Shown piece after piece: positions 19,852 through 26,561 of a stretch of DNA of 28,428 nt. Position numbers and translations under genes: made by a program. Each line of letters starts with the position of its first letter. Within the stretch, counting starts at the first letter, position 1. Source of the DNA: a virus (lineage: Duplodnaviria > Caudoviricetes); the IMG/VR virus record IMGVR_UViG_3300025639_000016, positions 1 to 28,428 of that record; one strand, given 5' to 3'. Under the pieces are notes generated by a model. It worked only from the letters and a program-made list of their open reading frames with translations. It did no database searches and was not told where the DNA came from.

Positions 19852-19867
19852 TATTTATATATTTATA
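19852..19867 (-). promoter_or_regulatory. Two tandem T4-type late promoter boxes for the gp48-gp27-gp5 operon
   Basis: Plus strand reads tatttata-tatttata at 19852-19859 and 19860-19867. Confidence 0.78.
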
Positions 19868-20347
19868 ATGAAAACCTACAAGGGTAAATACAAACCTAAA
19901 AATCTAAAAAAATATAAAGGTGACTATACCTCAATAACATATAGATCCCTTTGGGAAAGACAAACATTTCGTTGGATTGAAGATCAACCCCATATAGTAG
20001 AATGGAACTCAGAAGAAGTTATAATACCTTATAGATGTCAAACAGATGGTAAGATGCATCGTTACTTCATTGATGTATACTTTAAGACTAAAGGTGGTAA
20101 GAAATACCTAATAGAGATTAAACCTGATAAACAAACAAGACCACCAACAGGGTCTAGAAGAACTAAACGGTTTATATCTGAGTCATTAACCTATGTAAAG
20201 AACCAATGTAAATGGGAGGCTGCTACTAAGTTCGCTGAACAGAATGGTTGTACCTTTGAGATATGGACTGAACATAAACTAGAAGGTCTTGGTATTAAAT
20301 TACTCAGGTCACAATTACCAAAGACTAAACAACCGAAGAAGAAGTAA
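19868..20347 (+). CDS. g4: Head completion nuclease, T4 gp4 (gp50)-like, TnsA-type PD-(D/E)xK fold
   Basis: YKGKYKPKNLKKYKGD...YRSLWE...WNSEEVIIPY...HRYFID...LIEIKP...NQCKWEAA. Confidence 0.95.
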   Translation: MKTYKGKYKPKNLKKYKGDYTSITYRSLWERQTFRWIEDQPHIVEWNSEEVIIPYRCQTDGKMHRYFIDVYFKTKGGKKYLIEIKPDKQTRPPTGSRRTKRFISESLTYVKNQCKWEAATKFAEQNGCTFEIWTEHKLEGLGIKLLRSQLPKTKQPKKK

Positions 20348-20380
20348 CTGGTGTACTCACTTTCCGCGGACACTAATAAT

Positions 20381-20409
20381 ATTATAACACATATACAAAG
20401 AAAAGTCAA
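20381..20409 (-). promoter_or_regulatory. Sigma70-type promoter oriented antisense to gp4
   Basis: Minus strand reads TAC-TTGACT-N17-TATAAT with an extended -10 (TGtTATAAT). Confidence 0.65.
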
Positions 20410-20417
20410 GTAAAATA

Positions 20418-20425
20418 TATAAATA
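20418..20425 (+). promoter_or_regulatory. T4-type late promoter (TATAAATA) 5 nt before the gp2 ATG
   Basis: TATAAATA-aagat-ATG. Confidence 0.8.
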
Positions 20426-20430
20426 AAGAT

Positions 20431-21027
20431 ATGGCAGAAAATAAGCAATCATTGTTCGATACATTAGAAAAAGAGGCATTTAGATCAGGTATTCAAGCAA
20501 GAACTACGGATTCCTCTAAATGGTTTAGATCTAAAGTACAGGAATTAGGAGCACAAAATCCACAAAAAGTATTAAAGGATTCAGCACTAATACAGAAAAG
20601 GGGATTCAGAACAGGATCTATGTATATGTTTTTTTATGATCCTAAGCATCGTAAGACATTACCGTATTATGACGCCTTTCCTTTAATCATTGCAGTAGAG
20701 AGAGCTAAAGGTGGATTCTATGGATTGAATCTACATTACTTACCTCCTGTATTAAGGGCTAAGTTTTTAGATAAGTTAATGGAAAATACTAATAATCGAA
20801 AGTTTGATGAAACAACAAGGATGAAGATTAATTATCAGATATTAAAGTCTGTTGGTAAATTAAAAGAGTTTGCTCCGTGTTTTAAGCATTATTTAACAGG
20901 GCATGTTAATTCAAATATTGCAATGGTAGAAGCACCTGAATGGGAAATAGCAATATTCCTTAAAACAGAATCATTTAAAAAGAAATCAAAATCCCATGTA
21001 TGGGGTCAATCTAGAAGGGCATACTAA
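20431..21027 (+). CDS. g2: DNA end protector, T4 gp2-like
   Basis: GSMYMFFYDPKHRKTLPYYDAFPLI...FYGLNLHYLPP..R...PCFKHYL. Confidence 0.93.
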   Translation: MAENKQSLFDTLEKEAFRSGIQARTTDSSKWFRSKVQELGAQNPQKVLKDSALIQKRGFRTGSMYMFFYDPKHRKTLPYYDAFPLIIAVERAKGGFYGLNLHYLPPVLRAKFLDKLMENTNNRKFDETTRMKINYQILKSVGKLKEFAPCFKHYLTGHVNSNIAMVEAPEWEIAIFLKTESFKKKSKSHVWGQSRRAY

Positions 21028-21722
21028 TGTTACCAGCTAATGTAGATACATTAAAATCAACTATTAATAGACGTGGTGGTTTAGCAATTGCTAATAAATT
21101 TGCCATATATATGAATAATCCTGCAGGCCAGAATATACTTACAGGGGGTGCTGGTGGTATAGGTGCTACTATAGGTTCTCTAGCAACAAAAGGTCTTCAA
21201 TCATTAGCAACAGGATCTTCTTTTTCTCCTACTGCATTTCTTAATGATCCAAGAGATATGTATCTTCTAGCAGAATCATGCACATTACCAGGCCGATCAT
21301 TTATGACTTCTGATCGTAGAACCGGTATAAAAACAACTAAAGTAGCATATGGTGTAGATACATCAGCCGTTAAGTTTACATTTTTACTTACTAATGATTA
21401 CTATATCTGGAAATATTTTAAGTCATGGATGGATTTCATAATACCACCATCGGATGATATAAATGAATTAAAACTTAATTATAAGAATAGTTACTCTACT
21501 GATATACAAATACAACAGATGGCATCAGGGGATTTTATACCATCATATTCTATATCATTAAAAAATGCATACCCTATAGCTATAGATTCAGTAGAATTAT
21601 CTAACACATCCTCTGATTATTTAAGATGTACAGTATCTATGGCATATGATAATTGGGAAGAACAAGACTTATTAGATGCAGCATTAGGAACAGCTGGTAA
21701 TTTAATAGGAAATATATTTTAA
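21027..21722 (+). CDS. g54: Baseplate tail-tube initiator, gp54-like (gp19 tube fold)
   Basis: GGLAIANKF, LAESCTLPGRS, KYFKSWMDFI, LKNAYPIAIDSVELS...CTVSMAYDNW. Lies between gp2 and gp26. Confidence 0.72.
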   Translation: MLPANVDTLKSTINRRGGLAIANKFAIYMNNPAGQNILTGGAGGIGATIGSLATKGLQSLATGSSFSPTAFLNDPRDMYLLAESCTLPGRSFMTSDRRTGIKTTKVAYGVDTSAVKFTFLLTNDYYIWKYFKSWMDFIIPPSDDINELKLNYKNSYSTDIQIQQMASGDFIPSYSISLKNAYPIAIDSVELSNTSSDYLRCTVSMAYDNWEEQDLLDAALGTAGNLIGNIF

Positions 21723-21749
21723 TAATAAGTGAAACAGGTGAATTGAATC

Positions 21750-22460
21750 ATGGCATTACCACAAATAGCAGTACCTAAATATAATTTAACAATACCATCA
21801 ACTCAAGTTGAAGTAGAGTTTAGACCTTATCTAGTAGGTGAAGAAAAGATATTAATGATTGCAGCAGAATCCGAGTCGGAAACTGTTATGATGAAAGCAG
21901 TAGTTGATATTATTAAAAGATGTGTTACACAGGATATTAACCCTAAGAAACTAAAGTTATATGATATTGAGTATATCTTTACACAGATGAAAGCAAAGTC
22001 CGTGGGTGAGACGAGTGAAGTTGTTATTAAATGTGAGAAATGTCAGGAATCTAATACCATACCATTAAATGTTGATAAAGATGTCTCTGTAACTAATCTT
22101 AAAACTAAAAAATCACATTTTAAAATTCAGTTAACTGAAAATGTAGGAATTGTATTAAAGCATCTATCAATGGAAGACTCCTTAGTCGAGGATACAAGTG
22201 AGTCCCAGACTAATCAGATATTTAATAAGATTATACAATGTATTGATTATGTATATGAGGGCGATACTGTATATAATATACAAGATGAGGGTATTAAGGA
22301 AATGTATTCCTTTATAGAAGGTTTGAATTCTGAGCAGTTTAAACTGTTGTCTAATTTTATTGAAAATATGCCTCGTCTAGAGTTAAATTCTAAGTTTAAA
22401 TGTTCTAAGTGTGAAAAAATTAATAAAGTTAAGTTAGTGGGTATAGACAATTTTTTCTAA
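21750..22460 (+). CDS. g26: Baseplate hub assembly protein, T4 gp26-like
   Basis: MALPQIAVPKYNLTIPS...FRPYLVGEEKILMIA...DIEYIFTQMKAKSVGE, two CxxC pairs, ends GIDNFF. Confidence 0.93.
   Translation: MALPQIAVPKYNLTIPSTQVEVEFRPYLVGEEKILMIAAESESETVMMKAVVDIIKRCVTQDINPKKLKLYDIEYIFTQMKAKSVGETSEVVIKCEKCQESNTIPLNVDKDVSVTNLKTKKSHFKIQLTENVGIVLKHLSMEDSLVEDTSESQTNQIFNKIIQCIDYVYEGDTVYNIQDEGIKEMYSFIEGLNSEQFKLLSNFIENMPRLELNSKFKCSKCEKINKVKLVGIDNFF
22451..22457 (+). promoter_or_regulatory. Candidate -1 ribosomal frameshift slippery heptamer T TTT TTC
   Basis: In-phase X XXY YYZ heptamer (AAT TTT TTC TAA) directly before the gp26 stop. A -1 slip enters the gp51 frame. Confidence 0.7.
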
Positions 22461-22642
22461 TAGCCCTTTCTCATACTAGTTTAACTAATTATTATAAAAC
22501 TAATTTTACAATGAGTAGACATTACCATTACTCATTGTTTGAATTAGAAAATATGATACCTTGGGAAAGGGAAGTATATGTGGCGCTCTTAATACAGGAT
22601 ATAAAAGAAGAAAATGAAAGAATTAAAAGTCAGAATAGATAA
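22457..22642 (+). CDS. g51: gp51-like C-terminal segment (61 codons) in the -1 frame relative to gp26, probably reached by frameshift
   Basis: Hand translation: LIALSHTSLTNYYKTNFTMSRHYHYSLFELENMIPWEREVYVALLIQDIKEENERIKSQNR*. LENMIPWERxxY is the signature of small gp51 proteins in marine T4-like phages. The first ATG (22511) lies inside the conserved part. Not in the ORF track. Confidence 0.85.
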   Translation, partial: LIALSHTSLTNYYKTNFTMSRHYHYSLFELENMIPWEREVYVALLIQDIKEENERIKSQNR

Positions 22643-22657
22643 AAGGAATCCTAAAAA

Positions 22658-24028
22658 ATGGCAAGCGAAATAGTAAAATCCCAAGACAGTTTAGGGTTAA
22701 GATTAATCAATACTCAGGCAACACTAGGGATGGTAGGCGATGCTTTAAATAACAATAGTAAAAGTCAGGAAAAGTCAACATCTTCGTTAGTAAAAGTTGT
22801 ATCTTCGTTAGGATCTAATAAAAATAAATACACTCCTATTACTATAGAACTAAGACGTATTGCCTCAACCTTAGGATTTATGTCCGAGAAGCAGTTACCT
22901 TTAATAACAGAGTTCTTAGCTAAGAGTTTTGAAGAAAGAATGCGTGCGTATGATCTAGAGGAGAGTGCATTTAAAAGAAAGAAGTCTACGGATAAAGCAG
23001 CTGCTCGAATAAGAAAAGAGAATGAAAATGAAACCTCTAACACCCTTGAAGATAACAACGACCCCCAGTCAGATAGAGAAGTTAAATCAGAATTAGGTAT
23101 ATTCGGTAGACTAAAAGCAGGATTGTTAGCTGGCCTTATGATGTTCAAAGGATTAGCAGTAAACGTATTAAAGCTATTTGGTAAAGCTGGTGTGGTCGGT
23201 GCTATTGTTCTTCTTGTAAAGGGGTTATATGATAAATTCCAAGCAGGTGAGTTTGACACACAACTGAAAGCTCTTGGGATAAAGTGGGACAGTTTGATGA
23301 TAACTTTAACACCTATTATAGAAGCTGTTTCTACTATTTTCTCTACTATTGGTGATCACTTAACTACCTTTATTGGAGATGCTTTAATATCAGTTGCTTC
23401 TGGTATTATGGATGTTGTAGGAGGTCTTGGTAAACTATTACACGGTGATATAGGTGGTGGTCTTAAACAAATGATTATAGGTGAGGATGGTAAAGGTGGT
23501 ATTGTTACTATGCTGACTAATGTAGTTCTTGATGCATTCTCTGCTCTTGGTGGTATATTAGACGATCTAGGTATTACAGAAGCTTTTAATACTTGGTTAA
23601 AAGGTATTATAAGACCTATGTTACCCGAAAGAGATAGTATAGCAGCATGGGCTGTACCTGAAGCATTATATGAATATGTTGATGCCCCTCCTGCTGTTGT
23701 TCAGTCTAAACAAGATAAAGCAATACAGAATGATGCTGAATCACTTATGGAAACACCCACGAAGTCATCAGTTAGAGTGAAGAAGTATCTTGGTGTTACT
23801 ATGTCCAAACCTCCCCAAGGGGCAGCTGCTATGACTGCTACTACAAATAATGCACAGATTAAACAAGATGCTGAGAACTTAAAAGAACAAAATAAAGCAA
23901 TACAGGTTAATGCTCCACAAGTTATGACTGATAATTCATCTACACATAATACAACTAATGTATCTACTGCTCCACCAGCAAGAACTTTAGGTAATGGTGA
24001 TACTAGATTTTTAGGTACAGTTAATTAA
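22658..24028 (+). CDS. Probable tape measure protein, gp29-like (456 aa)
   Basis: Helical N-terminus, Gly/Ala/Leu-rich amphipathic middle, Thr/Asn-rich tail. Follows gp26/gp51. AAGGA SD. Confidence 0.7.
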   Translation: MASEIVKSQDSLGLRLINTQATLGMVGDALNNNSKSQEKSTSSLVKVVSSLGSNKNKYTPITIELRRIASTLGFMSEKQLPLITEFLAKSFEERMRAYDLEESAFKRKKSTDKAAARIRKENENETSNTLEDNNDPQSDREVKSELGIFGRLKAGLLAGLMMFKGLAVNVLKLFGKAGVVGAIVLLVKGLYDKFQAGEFDTQLKALGIKWDSLMITLTPIIEAVSTIFSTIGDHLTTFIGDALISVASGIMDVVGGLGKLLHGDIGGGLKQMIIGEDGKGGIVTMLTNVVLDAFSALGGILDDLGITEAFNTWLKGIIRPMLPERDSIAAWAVPEALYEYVDAPPAVVQSKQDKAIQNDAESLMETPTKSSVRVKKYLGVTMSKPPQGAAAMTATTNNAQIKQDAENLKEQNKAIQVNAPQVMTDNSSTHNTTNVSTAPPARTLGNGDTRFLGTVN

Positions 24029-24041
24029 AGGATAATATACA

Positions 24042-24335
24042 ATGGAAATATTCAGTAAGTATGATATAGATAATGATGGTAAATTAACTAAATCAGAAGT
24101 TGATCGCCGTGAACGTATAATGAATATCGAACTTAAAGAAGAGAAACTTGATTCACAAAAGAAAATGGCATGGATGTCTATGTTTGGTATGATTGCATTC
24201 ACCGGTATACTGTTTACACCATTAGTATCAGTAGAACGTGTTGATGCATTAGGTGATCTACTTGGTCTATTCTATATGGGTCAAGCCTCTGTTGTTGGTG
24301 CTTATATGGGCTTCACGGCCTACATGAATCGATAA
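24042..24335 (+). CDS. Small membrane protein: EF-hand-like loop plus two predicted TM helices (holin candidate)
   Basis: DIDNDGKLTKSE fits the 12-residue EF-hand loop. Hydrophobic segments MAWMSMFGMIAFTGILFTPLV and LLGLFYMGQASVVGAYMGFTAYM. AAGGA SD. Confidence 0.75.
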   Translation: MEIFSKYDIDNDGKLTKSEVDRRERIMNIELKEEKLDSQKKMAWMSMFGMIAFTGILFTPLVSVERVDALGDLLGLFYMGQASVVGAYMGFTAYMNR

Positions 24336-24339
24336 GCAT

Positions 24340-24368
24340 AAAAAAGGGGTCAATTAAGACCCCTTCTA
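24340..24368. terminator. Intrinsic terminator between convergent late and replication operons
   Basis: Stem AAGGGGTC-aattaa-GACCCCTT (24344-24365). U-tract of 6 on the minus strand (after gp32) and a weaker TTCT on the plus strand. Confidence 0.88.
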
Positions 24369-24394
24369 ATGTACTACAGCAGTACTACAGTACT

Positions 24395-25288
24395 TTAACC
24401 CTCTTGGGCTAACTTAGCAAAGTATGATAATGTATCATCTGTATTGGATGTCTCTACAGGAGCAGGTGCCTCTGTAGGTGTTGAAGCAGGTGCCGCAACC
24501 TCATCCAACTCAACCGACTCTGCTGTATTTCTTGGAACAGTAGTTCCTAATACACGTGCCAATTTAGTTTTTAACTCATCATAGGTTTTATATTGTGACT
24601 CACCATTAAACTCCTGTAAATTGTATAAAGAGTTATAAACTGCTTCCAACTTAACATCATCACCACCTAAGAATTCTGAAACATCACCAAACTCAGAGCG
24701 ATCATAATTACGATAACCCTCAACTTTACGAATCTTTAATTTAAAATCAGCACCACCCCAGAAATCAAAAGGATTAACTGGTACATCATCAGGAAACTCA
24801 GGCTGCATTGCCTCTGTTAACTTGTCAAAGATCTTCTTACCATATACATACATAAAAGTCTTACCTTCATTAGCAGGATTTGCTGAATCCGATACAACAT
24901 AGATATTAGACACATAATGAAGACGGCGTTTACGTTGACGGACTAACTCTTTATCAGAATCAACACCAGAGTTCCATAAAACTGTATTCATCTCAGATAA
25001 AGGATCTTGCTTACCAATAGATGTAAGCGAACGCTCGATATACCATAAGCCACCAGGTCCTTGGAATCCGTGATCCCAATAACGTACCCAAGGCACATCT
25101 TCACCTTCTGCAGCAGGTAAGAAACGAAATACTGCATAACCATTACCTGATTTATCTACAGTAGGTTTCCAGTACTTATCGGCATCCTTATCCCAATCAT
25201 TATTTTTATTACCAGATACTGACTCAGCTGCTTTAACTAAACCATCAATCTGTGCTTTTCTATTCTTTTTCATTGCTGAAAATGACAT
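24395..25288 (-). CDS. g32: Single-stranded DNA-binding protein, T4 gp32-like
   Basis: WKPTVDKSGNGYAVFRFLPA, HGFQGPGGLWYIE, YGKKIFDK, PFDFWGGADFKLKIRKVEGYRNYDRSEF, DDTLSYFAKLA. AAGGAG SD. Confidence 0.97.
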   Translation of the reverse strand: MSFSAMKKNRKAQIDGLVKAAESVSGNKNNDWDKDADKYWKPTVDKSGNGYAVFRFLPAAEGEDVPWVRYWDHGFQGPGGLWYIERSLTSIGKQDPLSEMNTVLWNSGVDSDKELVRQRKRRLHYVSNIYVVSDSANPANEGKTFMYVYGKKIFDKLTEAMQPEFPDDVPVNPFDFWGGADFKLKIRKVEGYRNYDRSEFGDVSEFLGGDDVKLEAVYNSLYNLQEFNGESQYKTYDELKTKLARVLGTTVPRNTAESVELDEVAAPASTPTEAPAPVETSNTDDTLSYFAKLAQEG

Positions 25289-25374
25289 ATACTTCTCCTT
25301 TCGTATTTAAATTATATTACAATGTGTGTCAAATTTTAAAGAAGATAAGACGAACTTCTATTTCTATACTATGT

Positions 25375-25403
25375 ATTATACACTATTTTACTCTAAATGT
25401 CAA
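25375..25403 (-). promoter_or_regulatory. Consensus sigma70 promoter for gp32
   Basis: Minus strand reads AGTAC-TTGACA-N17-TATAAT. Confidence 0.88.
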
Positions 25404-25656
25404 GTACTAAGTTTTCCATGTGAAATGTACCACCACCACCTTTAAGATTTGGGAATTTAATATGAGCTAATTCAGATGATATAATATCATTAATGATACC
25501 TAGATCAGTAGTTTTAAACTGATGCTCATCATACTTAACACGAACCTTAGTTCCTATCCCAACTTTCCATTTCTCAAAAAATTCCCTATATATCTCTATA
25601 CGCTCTTTCTCTCTTGCTATTCTTTCTTTATCGTTGTACATACCTGGTATATTCAT
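25393..25656 (-). CDS. Hypothetical 87-aa protein, possible SH3/KOW-like barrel
   Basis: Fills the gp59-gp32 gap. GIGTKVRVKY...DLGIINDI...AHIKF pattern. Confidence 0.65.
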   Translation of the reverse strand: MNIPGMYNDKERIAREKERIEIYREFFEKWKVGIGTKVRVKYDEHQFKTTDLGIINDIISSELAHIKFPNLKGGGGTFHMENLVLDI

Positions 25657-25662
25657 AATAGT

Positions 25663-26313
25663 CTACTCGAATGTGTTTAAAACCACATCTTTATATTTAT
25701 TAATATTAGGAATTGGCATTAGATCTGAGTAACGTTTTACTCTATGAGCTAATGTCCTGTATACATTAAAATCCTTATATTCCTTTTCTGACGCTTCAAC
25801 AAATCCTGTAAGTTTATTTAAGATAACAATAGACTCAAGTGCAGGTGATGTTTCCTTTAAAATAGGAGGTATTCTGATCTTCTTACCATATTTAGATTGA
25901 GGACCATCATCTTCACATCTCAACCAAACATCTAGGGAGGCCTCAATCTCAGACAATCTAAACATATCCTCTTTGAATGTATATAGTAATGACTCACGAA
26001 CCTTATTATGTTTATCATAGTTAATTGAGGTCATATCACCAACCCAATTAATACCTTCTAAGAAGTTATAAGCATAGAACTCTTTAACATTGTTAGTATG
26101 GTGCTTAATAGCATAGTTATACTTAAACCTATCTTTACGCTTAATAAAGGCCTTAGGTGTTACCATAGTTTTAAAGTTATACCGAACTGCGTTATAATCA
26201 GAGTCAGGATCAAAATGTAACTTGAGAGCCTGATACATTCTAAAGGATTCGTATACGGCTTTAGTTGTAAAGGGTGACTGCTCAGGTTTGTTATAGGCAA
26301 AATTAGTATTCAT
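25663..26313 (-). CDS. g59: Helicase loader, T4 gp59-like
   Basis: YESFRMYQALKLHF...YNAVRYNFK....AFIKRKDRF, LESIVILNKLTGF. Gene order 33-59-32. Confidence 0.85.
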   Translation of the reverse strand: MNTNFAYNKPEQSPFTTKAVYESFRMYQALKLHFDPDSDYNAVRYNFKTMVTPKAFIKRKDRFKYNYAIKHHTNNVKEFYAYNFLEGINWVGDMTSINYDKHNKVRESLLYTFKEDMFRLSEIEASLDVWLRCEDDGPQSKYGKKIRIPPILKETSPALESIVILNKLTGFVEASEKEYKDFNVYRTLAHRVKRYSDLMPIPNINKYKDVVLNTFE

Positions 26314-26561
26314 ATCGGTAACTTATTACCTGCTGATTGGATTAATCTTAGATTAGAAGCATATGCCTCAAACTTGTACTTTAATGGTTTAGACATATAC
26401 TTAGATGCATCAGAGGGATCAATATTATTGTTTTCACATATCATTAGAATAGCATCCATTAAATCCCCACCATTCGTAACAACTAATTTCTCTACTTGTT
26501 GTGTAAACTTCTTCTGATTAATTTGTTTTGATTTAAGTTCTGCTTCAATTTCAATAGTCAT
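26310..26561 (-). CDS. g33: Late transcription co-activator, T4 gp33-like
   Basis: FTQQVEKLV...MDAILMICENNNID...KYMSKPLKYKFEAYASNLRLI, ends KLPI. Confidence 0.88.
   Translation of the reverse strand: MTIEIEAELKSKQINQKKFTQQVEKLVVTNGGDLMDAILMICENNNIDPSDASKYMSKPLKYKFEAYASNLRLIQSAGNKLPI

Noticed and set aside
19868-20347. TnsA-like nuclease as a transposon or homing endonuclease
   Set aside because: Sequence and context match the core head-completion protein gp4, with no transposon ends or partner genes.
20191-20448. 85-aa minus-strand ORF as the product of the antisense promoter
   Set aside because: Its start lies upstream of the promoter and it overlaps gp4 and gp2. An in-frame GTG at 20373 is near the predicted TSS, but the peptide looks like a shadow.
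24371-24394. Short tandem GTACTACAG repeat after the gp32 stop
   Set aside because: Two 9-mers with no supportable function; probably slippage.
25309-25334. Second TTGACA...TATAAT pair in the gp32 leader
   Set aside because: The spacer is only 10 nt, incompatible with sigma70.
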